A DNA stretch of 64,000 bases from an uncultured Gemmatimonadales bacterium (GCA_963793305.1 CAWBZV010000005.1:224001-288000); one strand, 5' to 3'. Shown: positions 11,241-21,033, counted from the first letter of the stretch. Numbers and translations: made by a program. The notes: generated by a model from the letters alone, not told the origin.

Positions 11241-11258
11241 TTAAGCGCAGCCGCTTAA
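11241..11258. promoter_or_regulatory. Inverted repeat upstream of the BTAD regulator, possible operator
   Basis: TTAAGCG-CAGC-CGCTTAA in an AT-richer intergenic region. Confidence 0.35.
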
Positions 11259-11525
11259 CTGCAAGCTGGTGCCGTCCAAGATGTATACAGCAACCGCTAG
11301 CGCTCCTGAACTAAGCCAGAAAGCGGGCGCCACGACCGTTATCTCAGGACCTAAAGGTCACTGGAGCCGCGGCGGAGGTGTACACGGCACAAGTGAACAC
11401 GGTTACCTGGCACCGTTACGATGGTTGTCACAGCAGGCGGTCTGCTGAGTCCACGATGCGCGAGAAGACGATGATGGCGCGCAGTGTGACGGCACAAGCG
11501 CGCGGGCGGACGTGCAGCCTGCGGG

Positions 11526-12548
11526 CTAACGGTCGCTACGAATCTCGATCAGCCGCTCGACGCCGATACCCTCGGCCTCGGCTTGGAAATTCACGAGGAC
11601 GCGATGGCGCATCACCGCAAGCGCGACCGCACGCACGTCGTCGATGTCCGGGATCGCGCGGCCATCCATCGCCGCGCGCGCCTTCGCGCCGAGCACCAGG
11701 TATTGGGACGCGCGCGGCCCCGCGCCGTAGCTCACGTATTTCTTGACGTCGGCCGTGGCCTCGGCCGCCGCGGGCCGCGTGGAGCGCGCGAGACGAACCG
11801 CGTATTGGACGACCGTGGGCGGAGCCGGGAGGCGACGAACGAGATGTTGCAACTCGGCGAGCTGCGTGCCGCGCAAGACTGGAGTGATCGTCGTGGTGAC
11901 ATCGCTCGTTGTCGTGGCGACAATCGCCTCCTCTTCATCCTTTGTCGGATAATCAACGCGCAACTCGAACATAAAGCGGTCGAGCTGCGCCTCGGGCAAA
12001 GGATACGTGCCCTCCTGCTCGATCGGATTCTGCGTGGCGAGCACGAAGAACGGCGATGGCAAATTGCGCGTCTTCCCCGCCGTCGTCACCGCGTGCTCCT
12101 GCATCGCTTGCAGCAATGCCGCCTGCGTCTTCGGCGGCGCGCGATTGATCTCGTCCGCCAAGACAACGTTGGCGAACACCGGACCCTCGAGGAACGTGAA
12201 CTCGCGATGCCGCGTCGCCGGATCCTCTTCCATCACTTCAGTCCCGGTGATATCGCTCGGCATGAGATCCGGCGTGAACTGCACACGATTGAACGTGAGC
12301 TCGAGCGCCTGCGCGACCGTCTGCACCATCAAGGTCTTCGCCAGCCCCGGTACGCCGACCAGCAACGCATGACCGCCCGCGAGCAGTGCAGCGACGAGAT
12401 TGTCGACGATCTCGCGCTGGCCGATGATGCGCCGGCCGATCTGCTCGACTAACGCTCGACGCCCAACCGCGAGCCGGTCGAGCAACTCGAGGTCGCGATC
12501 ATCCGGCTTCGAACGCGTGTCACGGGCAACCGCGGGAGGCGTGGCCAT
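11526..12548 (-). CDS. MoxR-family AAA+ ATPase
   Basis: [52 protein letters not shown]. Confidence 0.95.
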   Translation of the reverse strand: MATPPAVARDTRSKPDDRDLELLDRLAVGRRALVEQIGRRIIGQREIVDNLVAALLAGGHALLVGVPGLAKTLMVQTVAQALELTFNRVQFTPDLMPSDITGTEVMEEDPATRHREFTFLEGPVFANVVLADEINRAPPKTQAALLQAMQEHAVTTAGKTRNLPSPFFVLATQNPIEQEGTYPLPEAQLDRFMFELRVDYPTKDEEEAIVATTTSDVTTTITPVLRGTQLAELQHLVRRLPAPPTVVQYAVRLARSTRPAAAEATADVKKYVSYGAGPRASQYLVLGAKARAAMDGRAIPDIDDVRAVALAVMRHRVLVNFQAEAEGIGVERLIEIRSDR

Positions 12549-12596
12549 GGCACCAAAGATCGACCCGGGGGCCGACCTAAGGGAAGGGCGACGGCG

Positions 12597-13106
12597 CTAC
12601 GGTAGGGCGAATACCGCTCGCGCGGTGCTCGGATAATTGGTGCTCGTCAGCGTAGCCACCGCGACGAGCGAGCCATGAATCGCCGGATGCTTCCACGTCG
12701 CATCGTAGGAGAGCGACTCATGCGCATCGAGCGGCTTGTTGCGCAGCGACTGCGTGAACATCTGCCCGGTACTCCAGCGCCACACCTCGCCGCCCGCCGC
12801 GTCGTACACCACCACGTCGTACGTCTGACCACTCGGAAATGTCAACTCGACCTTCCGCGCCCCGGGATTCGTCACCGTCAGGTCGAACTTCACCTGGTCC
12901 CCATCAACCGCCACACCCAACGCCAACGTCAACGTGATCGGCACCTTTCGACTCGGCGCCACACGCGAAGACAAACGCCCAGCCGACACGTTTGGTGTGA
13001 CAGACCCCGTCGTCAACGAAGGCGCCGCCGTCAAATGCGTTCGGGTGACACCGATATACGCGATCGCGCCTGCGACCAAGACGAATTGAACGAGGCGGGC
13101 GTTCAT
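12597..13106 (-). CDS. BsuPI (proteinase inhibitor-like) domain exported protein
   Basis: N-terminal hydrophobic helix; LTFPSGQTYDVVV...EVWRWS.GQMFTQ. Confidence 0.75.
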   Translation of the reverse strand: MNARLVQFVLVAGAIAYIGVTRTHLTAAPSLTTGSVTPNVSAGRLSSRVAPSRKVPITLTLALGVAVDGDQVKFDLTVTNPGARKVELTFPSGQTYDVVVYDAAGGEVWRWSTGQMFTQSLRNKPLDAHESLSYDATWKHPAIHGSLVAVATLTSTNYPSTARAVFALP

Positions 13107-13352
13107 GAATGCAAGAAGCACAAGTGCGACGGAGGAAACAACATCGGAGGAGGCGGGGTCAGCAGAAAATCACGAATATTTCGAAAGCGAACTTATCAAC
13201 ACTTGCGTAAATCGTCAAGACACATTACACGCCGTAAGTCATAACACAACGGATACTTGCCGTGCAACCCCGAAAGGACTTCGGCATGCATTCGGCTGTC
13301 GAGCCCGGTTTGCTTGCGAAAGATTTCACAAGCCGGTACCTTCTTGCGCGCC

Positions 13353-13616
13353 ATGAGCCGGGACGGCGCTTCTGAAAAGGGCGGCCGAGGGAAGGGAACG
13401 TCGCCGGCCGCGTTCGCCGGCGCGGGCTTTGAACTCGCCGGCTGCATCCTGCTCGGGCTCTTCGCTGGACAATGGGTCGACAAAAGGCTCGGCACCGCAC
13501 CGTGGCTCCTGATCCTCGGCGTCTTCGCGGGCGCCGCGGCGGGTTTCTTCAACATGTATCGTATTCTCACGACGGCTGAGCGACGCACGAAGTCACACGA
13601 CGACGTGAGTACATGA
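13353..13616 (+). CDS. AtpZ/AtpI family ATP synthase accessory protein
   Basis: GLFAGQWVDKRLGTAPWLLILG motif; first gene of the atp cluster. Confidence 0.85.
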   Translation: MSRDGASEKGGRGKGTSPAAFAGAGFELAGCILLGLFAGQWVDKRLGTAPWLLILGVFAGAAAGFFNMYRILTTAERRTKSHDDVST

Positions 13617-13999
13617 GCGTCGACATGACCGCGGGACGTCGCCAGAGTCCGATTGCAACGTCACTCGCCGCGCTCGCGCTCGGCGCCGTCGTCATCATGG
13701 CGCTCGCCGCGCTCCTCGATGTAACCGTGTTCACATCGCCCGCCGCGCGCCGCTCTGTGCAAATCAGCGCGGCCATCGCCTACGCCACCCAACTCGCGGG
13801 CTTCGCGATCCTCTCGCGCCTCAGGCGATGGAACGTGATGGCCGCCTGGGGCCTCTCCGCGCTCTTGCGTTTTGCGGCACTCGCCGCCTACGCCCTCTCA
13901 CTCAAAGCACTCGCGCTTCCAGCGGAGAGCGCGCTGATCAGTTTAGTGACGTTCTTCTTCGTGACGACTCTCGCCGAACCATGGCTCATTCGATCATAA
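13613..13999 (+). CDS. Small multi-TM protein, AtpI-like
   Basis: About four hydrophobic helices, coupled between the atpZ-like gene and atpB. Confidence 0.65.
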   Translation: MSVDMTAGRRQSPIATSLAALALGAVVIMALAALLDVTVFTSPAARRSVQISAAIAYATQLAGFAILSRLRRWNVMAAWGLSALLRFAALAAYALSLKALALPAESALISLVTFFFVTTLAEPWLIRS

Positions 14000-14898
14000 A
14001 GTCTGTTCTGCTCGGCCTTCTTCTCGCCGCCCCCCTGCAGGGTCAGGAGGCGCCGAACCAAAAGGTCGACATCATCACCCCCCACATCACCGACTCGCAC
14101 GAGCTCAACGTCCCTTGCCTCAAGCCTGGGCTCGTCTGTCGGATCGATCTCCCGCGCTGGCAGCCCGTTCATGTGGGCTCCGTCACACTCGACCTCTCGC
14201 CGACGAAGCACGTCGTCATGCTCATCGTCGCCGGGCTGCTGTGCACCCTGACCCTGCTGTCAGCGGCGGCCTGGCACCGGCGCCATCTGAACGACCCGGC
14301 CGCACCCAGAGGCTTCGCGGCCGGAATCGAGGCGATGGTCCTATACCTTAGACAGACCGTCGTACTCCCCAATGTCGGCCCCCACGGGGATGCCTACACC
14401 CCGTTTATCCTGACCCTGTTCTTCTTCATACTGTTCGCGAACCTGCTCGGGCTCATCCCATACGGCTCGACCGCGACCGGCAATATCTCCGTGACCGCGG
14501 CCCTCGCCCTGATCTCCTTCGTCGTCATCGAGATCTCCGGCATGATCGCGCTCGGCAAGAAATACTGGAGCACGATCTTCTATTGGAATCACGACCTGCC
14601 GATCCCGCTCCGCGTATTGCTGTTCATTATCATGACGCCGATCGAGATCGTGTCCAAGCTCACCAAACCGTTCGCGCTCACGATCCGTCTCTTCGCGAAC
14701 ATGACGGCCGGTCACGTCGTCCTGCTCGTGCTCATTGGCCTGATCTTCACGTTCCACAATATCTGGATCATCCCCGGCCCAGTATTCTTGGGCGTGGCGA
14801 TCTCACTCCTCGAATTGTTCGTCGCCTTCCTGCAAGCGTTCGTGTTCGCGCTCCTTACCGCGGTGTTTATCGGCCAGATTCGACAAGCCGCCCACTGA
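13981..14898 (+). CDS. atpB: ATP synthase F0 subunit a
   Basis: ANLLGLIP, TATGNISVT, KPFALTIRLFANMTAGH, LQAFVF. Confidence 0.97.
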   Translation: MAHSIIKSVLLGLLLAAPLQGQEAPNQKVDIITPHITDSHELNVPCLKPGLVCRIDLPRWQPVHVGSVTLDLSPTKHVVMLIVAGLLCTLTLLSAAAWHRRHLNDPAAPRGFAAGIEAMVLYLRQTVVLPNVGPHGDAYTPFILTLFFFILFANLLGLIPYGSTATGNISVTAALALISFVVIEISGMIALGKKYWSTIFYWNHDLPIPLRVLLFIIMTPIEIVSKLTKPFALTIRLFANMTAGHVVLLVLIGLIFTFHNIWIIPGPVFLGVAISLLELFVAFLQAFVFALLTAVFIGQIRQAAH

Positions 14899-15009
14899 CG
14901 GCCGCTCCCGTCAGATGAGCGTCGTAGCCGGCCGGGCGGCCGGCGAAGCCCATTGAGGCCCGGGCCTTAGTTGTGGGCAGCCTCCTCGGTTGACGAGAAG
15001 GCGGAGCGG
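14895..15009 (+). ncRNA. Candidate structured cis-RNA element between atpB and atpE
   Basis: CCGCTCC (14902-14908) pairs with GGAGCGG (15003-15009), enclosing hairpins at 14927-14944, 14948-14978 and 14980-15002. Confidence 0.45.
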
Positions 15010-15041
15010 ATGGGTAGGATTTCTTTCGTTCGGAGAACGTC

Positions 15042-15323
15042 ATGCTGCACCACGTACTACTGCTGCTGCAGGCCGCCGGCTCGTTCTCGAAAGAGTACGA
15101 AGGCGCATGGGCTATGATGGGCGCCGGCATCGGCGCTGGTCTGGCCGTCATCGGCGCCGGCATCGGCATCGGCCGCATCGGCGGTCAGGTCGCCGATGGA
15201 ATGGCGCGCCAGCCCGAGCTCGCCGGCACCATTCAAACCGGTGGGTTGATCCTCGCGGCGCTGATCGAAGGCGTCGCCCTGTTCGCCGTCGTCATCGCAT
15301 TCTTGATCCAAGGTCGCTTCTAA
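15042..15323 (+). CDS. atpE: ATP synthase F0 subunit c
   Basis: GAGIGIG..ARQPE..AALIEG. Confidence 0.97.
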   Translation: MLHHVLLLLQAAGSFSKEYEGAWAMMGAGIGAGLAVIGAGIGIGRIGGQVADGMARQPELAGTIQTGGLILAALIEGVALFAVVIAFLIQGRF

Positions 15324-15378
15324 ACAATAGAGGGTGAACGGGCCCGGGCCCGCTCACCTGTTTGGAGAAACGCTCGTC

Positions 15379-15927
15379 ATGCATGCTGTGATCCTTTTGC
15401 AACAGAGTCCCGAGACTGGCGGTGGGAACATCTTGACCCCGAACGGCGGGCTCATGGTGTGGACCATCGTCATCTTCCTGATCCTGCTGTTCGTGCTGTC
15501 GCGCTACGCCTTCAAGCCGATCACCGCCGCCGTCCAGGCGCGCGAGAAAGCGCTCGAAGACGCCATCGAAGGCGCCAAGCGCGATCGCGAGGAAGCGGCG
15601 AAGCTCCTCGATGAGCAACGCCGCCATCTCGAGGCCTCGCGCGACGAGGGACAGAAGATCGTCGCCGCCGCCCGCGCCGCCGCCGAGGAAGTCCGCGCGG
15701 GTATGCTCGATGCGGCCCGTACGCAGCAGCAAGAGATCCTCGAGCGGGCGAAGCAAGAGATCAGCCGCGAGCGCGATGACGCCATCGCCGATCTCCGCCG
15801 CGAAGCCATCGATCTCGCGATCGTCGGCGCGAGCAAGGTCATCGAGAAGAACCTCGATGACAAATCGAACCGCGACTTGATCGAGAAGTTCCTGACGTTG
15901 CTCGACGCCAACTCGATCAAGCGCTGA
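15379..15927 (+). CDS. atpF: ATP synthase F0 subunit b
   Basis: One TM helix followed by a long charged coiled coil; GGAG RBS; operon position. Confidence 0.95.
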   Translation: MHAVILLQQSPETGGGNILTPNGGLMVWTIVIFLILLFVLSRYAFKPITAAVQAREKALEDAIEGAKRDREEAAKLLDEQRRHLEASRDEGQKIVAAARAAAEEVRAGMLDAARTQQQEILERAKQEISRERDDAIADLRREAIDLAIVGASKVIEKNLDDKSNRDLIEKFLTLLDANSIKR

Positions 15928-16487
15928 TGCGCGCCGCGACAGTCCCCCGGAATTACGCCGAGACACTGCTCGCGCTGGCCATTCGCGCGCAGGATGCGTC
16001 GGGGTGGGGCGCGATGATCACCGATGTCGCCAACGCCGTCCGGCGCGACCGGACGCTGCGGCGATTCCTCGAGTCGCCCAAGATCGCGCCGCGCCTCAAG
16101 AAACAGATTCTGGCCAAAGCCCTCGCCGATCGCGTCCCGCGCATCTTCCTGCGCTATCTCGAGACGCTGATCGACAACCGCCGGCAAACGCTGATCCCCC
16201 AGATCGCGGTCGCCTACACCGATCTCCTCGAAGAGCGCGAAGGCCGCGTGCACGCCGACGTCACCGTCGCGCGCACGGTCGATGCCGATGGCGAAGGGGC
16301 CATCGCTCGCAACCTGAGCCGCGCGCTAGGCAAGACTGTCGTGCCGCACGTCTCCGTCGATCCGGCGATCCTGGGCGGCCTCGTCGTCCGCGTCGGCGAC
16401 ACGGTCATCGACGGTTCCGTCCGCCGACGCCTCGCACTCCTCCGTCGCCGCCTGACCGCGGGCAGCGCCACGGTGGATCGGGCCTAA
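15927..16487 (+). CDS. atpH: ATP synthase F1 subunit delta
   Basis: NYAETLL, VDPAILGGLVVRVGDTVIDGSV. Confidence 0.95.
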   Translation: MRAATVPRNYAETLLALAIRAQDASGWGAMITDVANAVRRDRTLRRFLESPKIAPRLKKQILAKALADRVPRIFLRYLETLIDNRRQTLIPQIAVAYTDLLEEREGRVHADVTVARTVDADGEGAIARNLSRALGKTVVPHVSVDPAILGGLVVRVGDTVIDGSVRRRLALLRRRLTAGSATVDRA

Positions 16488-16500
16488 CGCTTACGCCCCG

Positions 16501-19500
16501 CTGACGACCCGGCGTCGCCGTCGCCGCGCTGCCTTCGTTTTCGCGCTCGGCGCTGTCGTCGCCGGGACGCCTGGTCGAGATCGTCTCGGAGCCCAGGCGA
16601 CCACGCCACCGTCGGGCGACACCACGGGGTACTGGCAACAACACGTCGCCTACCACATCATCGCGCGGCTCGATGAGAACGCCGCGACGGTGCACGCGTC
16701 CGGCACGCTCGTATACAGAAACAACTCGCCCGATACGCTGCGCGAGTTGTTTTTTCATCAGTATCTGAATGCCTTCCGGCCCGGCTCCGCGTGGAGCGTG
16801 GTCGATACGCGCGAAGGCCGCGTGCGGTTCCAGAACCTGTCGGATCCCGACTACGGGTACGAGCGCTTCACGACGCCGCCAACTATAAACGGCACCTCCG
16901 TAATACCTGAGTATCCCGGGGCGCCCGATTCCACTGTGGCGCGCGTCGCGCTGCCACATCCATTGGCGCCCGGAGATTCATGTGTCATCGCGCTGCGGTG
17001 GGACGCGAGACCATCAACGGTGCTGAGACGACAGGGGCGGCGGGGCAGAAGTTACGATTTCGCCCAGTGGTATCCGAAAGTCGCGGTCTATGATCGACAC
17101 GGATGGGAAGCGCCTCCGTTTACACCCGCGGGCGAGCTCTATGGGGAATTCGGCACGTACGACGTCACCCTCATCCTCCGCACTGATCAAATAGTCGCGG
17201 CGACCGGCGTCGTCGTCGCCGGTGACCCTGGGTGGATGCACCGTCCCACGCCAGGCGCCGGCGACGAGCCGGGATGGCGGACGGTCAGGTTTCGTGCGAA
17301 CAATGTGCACCACTTCGCCTGGACGACGTCACCCGATTACCGCTACGAAGGCGGCGCCTATATCACACCGGCGGAGACGGTCGCCATTCACGTCCTGTAT
17401 CGCCCAGGGGACGAAGCCACCTGGGGGCGAGGCATAGCCGTCCGCAGGACCGAGCAGGCGTTGGCGTGGCTGGAGAGCGTCTACGGGCCGTACGCGTACC
17501 CGCAGCTCACGAACGTCCACCGCCTCGAAGGCGGCGGCACCGAATTCCCCATGATGATCATGGACGGCTCGGCCTCCCAAGGCCTGATCCTCCACGAGGC
17601 CGGACACCAATACACGTACGCGATGCTCGCCAACAACGAGTACGCCTCGGCCTGGATGGACGAAGGGCTCTCCGACTACCAGACCGGATGGGCCGAGCGA
17701 CTGACGCGCGCCGATCGGCATCAGGCTCCCGAGGGGCTCCAGATCCCGATCTCGCAGGAAGGCATCCATCCGCCACGCGCTCGCGGATACCGCGCCCTCG
17801 CCGTCACGCCGTTGCCAGCCGAACGCGAGGACATCCGACTCGACAGTCTCGACCTCGTGCACCGCGATCAACCCGTCGGCTGGTCCGCGAACCAGTTCAG
17901 CGAGTTCGGCATCTACAATGCCATGGTGTATGGCCGCGCCGTACGGATGTACGGTGCCTTGCGCGATATCCTCGGCGAAACCGCGTGGCGCGTATTTCTC
18001 CACGGCTACTACGCGCGCTGGAAGTTCAAGCACGTCGACGAGCTCGCGCTTCGCACCGAAGCCGAACGCGCCGCGGGACGCGACTTGAGTTGGTTCTTCG
18101 ACCAATGGCTGCGCAAGATCGGCCTCGTCGAGTACGCCCTCGGCGGCTGGACCGCCGCGCCGGATGGCGACGGGTGGACGAGCAACGTCACCGTTGTTCG
18201 CCGCGGGCCGTACTTGCATCCGATACCCGTGGGCATCCGAACAATGGACGGCTGGACGTTCGGGCGGTCGGAGCCGCTGCGCGATCCGGATACCGTGCAT
18301 GTGAGAACCCGATTGAAGCCACTGGAGGTTCGGCTCGACCCCGATCACCTGACGGAAGACTGGTGGCCGTTCGACAACGGTGAGATCACCGTCTCATGGT
18401 TCGATAGCCGGATGACGCGCGTGACGTTCGACTGGCCACTCCTCAATCAGTGGCGCGAAGAGCGCTTCGTGACCGCCATCCTCCCGTACGCGTGGTACAG
18501 CGATCCCGGTCACCTGACGCCGGCGGTGCGCATGCGCCTCAACTATCAGGGATGGCTCGACCGACTCACGATCGGCCTGGCCGCTCCGACCGGGCCGAAT
18601 GTCCCCGGGCGGTCGCACGTGCAAGGATGGTTCACGCTGAACGACCCCGCGGTCGGCGCCAAGGTGTCGCCCCAGATCAGCATCAGCGACTGGGACCTCG
18701 ACGGGATCGACAAGTTCGTGCTCCAGCACACGTGGAACATGAGCCCGTTCGTTTACGCGAATGGGCCGCAACGGACGGTCGCCGTGGCGTTCACCTCGAC
18801 CATCCCGTACGACTTCGTGTTCCTCGACCCCACGCGCTGGGAGCGCCATTCGGTCCTCTCGCTCTCGGGCACGGGCTCCATCCGCGGGCCCGCGCCGGAC
18901 TCGGTGCGCGTTCACGGGTTCCTCGACGCCGGGTTCGTCAGCGGCACCAATGCGACGCGAGGCTACATTCGCGCGGACGCCAGCGCGAAGCGCGTCTGGT
19001 CGACATCGGATGGCGCCCACGCGATTGGCATTCGGGGATTCGCGAGCTATGATGCCCGCGCCCCGATCGAGCGCGCGGTGTTCCTCGCGGCGGATGACCC
19101 CACCGAGACATTCGCCGACGATTATCTGCGCCCCAAAGGCGCGCCGCTCGCCCGGGACGATGTGCATTTCAGCCCGCTGGGCGGCGCGGGTTTGCGCGGC
19201 TATGACCCGCGCCTCGCGGTGCCGGGCATCGTGGCCGTTAACGCCGAGGCCACGACGCGCCTCTTCTCACTCGCGGATAGCCCCCGCGCGCTCGGCGCGT
19301 ATCTGGGTGCGTTCGCCGATGCGGGGACGACGTTTCACGGCGGAGTGATCGAGACGCCGGCGCTGGCGGCGATATTGCCGGGCGAGACGGGGCACGACTT
19401 AGCCTCGCACCTGCTCGCCGACGCGGGTGTCGGCGTGGCCCTGCGGGGATATGTTTATGACCAGGACGTCGCGCTGCGCGTCGACATCCCGTTCCTCGTC

Positions 19501-19587
19501 GCGCAACCGTTACTCGCTGCCGGACGAACCGGCGGGTCGCAAGCCGCGGCGTGGCGATGGACCTTCTCGTTCAATGACCTATGGTGA
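16501..19587 (+). CDS. M1-family metalloaminopeptidase with a probable C-terminal beta-barrel-like domain; start uncertain
   Basis: GGTEFP, HEAGH-X18-E, WFFDQW; signal-peptide-like stretch and YWQQ lie in frame upstream of the ORF-track start at 16690. Confidence 0.85.
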   Translation: MTTRRRRRRAAFVFALGAVVAGTPGRDRLGAQATTPPSGDTTGYWQQHVAYHIIARLDENAATVHASGTLVYRNNSPDTLRELFFHQYLNAFRPGSAWSVVDTREGRVRFQNLSDPDYGYERFTTPPTINGTSVIPEYPGAPDSTVARVALPHPLAPGDSCVIALRWDARPSTVLRRQGRRGRSYDFAQWYPKVAVYDRHGWEAPPFTPAGELYGEFGTYDVTLILRTDQIVAATGVVVAGDPGWMHRPTPGAGDEPGWRTVRFRANNVHHFAWTTSPDYRYEGGAYITPAETVAIHVLYRPGDEATWGRGIAVRRTEQALAWLESVYGPYAYPQLTNVHRLEGGGTEFPMMIMDGSASQGLILHEAGHQYTYAMLANNEYASAWMDEGLSDYQTGWAERLTRADRHQAPEGLQIPISQEGIHPPRARGYRALAVTPLPAEREDIRLDSLDLVHRDQPVGWSANQFSEFGIYNAMVYGRAVRMYGALRDILGETAWRVFLHGYYARWKFKHVDELALRTEAERAAGRDLSWFFDQWLRKIGLVEYALGGWTAAPDGDGWTSNVTVVRRGPYLHPIPVGIRTMDGWTFGRSEPLRDPDTVHVRTRLKPLEVRLDPDHLTEDWWPFDNGEITVSWFDSRMTRVTFDWPLLNQWREERFVTAILPYAWYSDPGHLTPAVRMRLNYQGWLDRLTIGLAAPTGPNVPGRSHVQGWFTLNDPAVGAKVSPQISISDWDLDGIDKFVLQHTWNMSPFVYANGPQRTVAVAFTSTIPYDFVFLDPTRWERHSVLSLSGTGSIRGPAPDSVRVHGFLDAGFVSGTNATRGYIRADASAKRVWSTSDGAHAIGIRGFASYDARAPIERAVFLAADDPTETFADDYLRPKGAPLARDDVHFSPLGGAGLRGYDPRLAVPGIVAVNAEATTRLFSLADSPRALGAYLGAFADAGTTFHGGVIETPALAAILPGETGHDLASHLLADAGVGVALRGYVYDQDVALRVDIPFLVAQPLLAAGRTGGSQAAAWRWTFSFNDLW

Positions 19588-19955
19588 GTGGCCGACATCC
19601 CATCCGCACCGTCCCGAAGCCCTGGGGCCATGAGACGATCTGGGCGCACACCGACGCCTACGTGGGCAAGATCTTGCATATCAAAGCCGGACACTCGTTG
19701 TCGCTGCAGTATCACAACCTGAAAGACGAGACCATCTACCTCCTGTCCGGCGAAATGATCTACCGGGTACAGATCGACGGCCAGCTCCAGGACGTCAAGC
19801 TCAAAGCGGGCGAGTCGTATCGGAACCTCCCTGGCACGATCCATCAGATGGAGGCGGTCACCGACTGCGACGTGCTCGAAGCATCGACCGCCCATCTCGA
19901 CGATGTCGTGAGACTGAAAGACCACTATGGCCGCGAGGGGACCTCGGCACCATGA
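19581..19955 (+). CDS. Cupin-domain protein (mannose-6-phosphate isomerase type II-like)
   Basis: KPWGHE, LSLQYH..KDET, PGTIH, DDVVRL.D.YGR. Confidence 0.85.
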   Translation: MVSGRHPIRTVPKPWGHETIWAHTDAYVGKILHIKAGHSLSLQYHNLKDETIYLLSGEMIYRVQIDGQLQDVKLKAGESYRNLPGTIHQMEAVTDCDVLEASTAHLDDVVRLKDHYGREGTSAP

Positions 19956-20944
19956 AAGTCATCATCCCGCTCGCCGGCAAGGGCACGCGGCTCAGACCGC
20001 ACACGTACGTCGTCCCGAAGCCGATGCTCAAGATCGCCGGCAAGCCCGTGATGTCGTACATCATGGACGACTTGGCCCGACTCGGGAATATCGATGAGGT
20101 GATCTACATCACCGGCCACCTCAAGGAGCGCGTCGAAGCCTACGCGCGCCAGCAGTACCCGATGCACGCCTCGTTCATCGAGCAAACCGTACAGGATGGC
20201 ACCGCGGGCGCCGTGGCGCTGGCGAAGTCGCACATCGACCAACCCGTCCTCATCGTGTTCGTCGACACTATCTTCGACGCCGACCTGTCGATCATCAACC
20301 GCTCGACCGACGACGGGATCATCTGGACGAAAGTCGTCGAGGACTATCAGCGGTTCGGCGTCGTCGTCACGGACAAGAACGAGTACATGACGCGCATCGT
20401 CGAGAAGCCCTCCGAGCCGATCTCCAAGCGCGCCAACATCGGACTGTACTACATCAGAAATTGGCGCCTCATGTACGAGGGCATCGACTGGGTGCTGACC
20501 CAGCCGAAGAACAAGGGCGAGTACTATCTCACCGACGCGTTCCAGTACATGATCGACCACGGCGCGAAGATCAAAGTGATCGACGTCGCGGCGTGGTACG
20601 ATGCCGGGAAGCTCGACACGCTACTGGAGACGAACCGCGCGATGCTCGAGCGCGGCCACGCGCGGCGGCCCACCGGCAACACCGACGGCTCGCGGATTAT
20701 CGACCCGGTCTACATCGAGGACGGCGTCACGATCACGAACTCGACCGTCGGTCCCAACGTCTCGATCGGCGCCGGCACCGTGATCGACGGCTCAACCGTG
20801 CGCGACACGATCGTCGGCAACAAGGCGACGATCAAGACGTCGCGGCTCAATGACTCATTGATCGGCGACGAGGCCGTCCTGATCGGCGCCAACGGCGCGG
20901 TCAGTATCGGCGATCACGCCGAGGTCCGACTGACGGTCGGATGA
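19952..20944 (+). CDS. Sugar-phosphate nucleotidyltransferase with hexapeptide-repeat C-terminus
   Basis: LAGKGTRLRPHT..PKP, IVEKP, GEYYLTDA, WYDAGK. Confidence 0.9.
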   Translation: MKVIIPLAGKGTRLRPHTYVVPKPMLKIAGKPVMSYIMDDLARLGNIDEVIYITGHLKERVEAYARQQYPMHASFIEQTVQDGTAGAVALAKSHIDQPVLIVFVDTIFDADLSIINRSTDDGIIWTKVVEDYQRFGVVVTDKNEYMTRIVEKPSEPISKRANIGLYYIRNWRLMYEGIDWVLTQPKNKGEYYLTDAFQYMIDHGAKIKVIDVAAWYDAGKLDTLLETNRAMLERGHARRPTGNTDGSRIIDPVYIEDGVTITNSTVGPNVSIGAGTVIDGSTVRDTIVGNKATIKTSRLNDSLIGDEAVLIGANGAVSIGDHAEVRLTVG

Positions 20945-21033
20945 TCAAGGGGCGCCGCCACGACTGGCGGGCAAGGATCAGGCGGCGGACGGTTTCGTGG
21001 TCTTCGAACGTCTGCTGGAACGTGTAGCGCACG

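Noticed and set aside
11260..11275. Minus-strand CGGCACCAGCTTGCA as a sigma54 promoter for the BTAD regulator
   Set aside because: GG-to-GC spacing is 9 nt rather than 10; valid only if a base is missing by error
11281..11448. 55-aa ORF MYTATASAPEL... as a second peptide gene
   Set aside because: No RBS and no recognisable features
13282..13297. CGGCATGCATTCGGCT as a sigma54 promoter of the atp operon
   Set aside because: Spacing fits but the -12 element lacks TTGC; a chance match is likely
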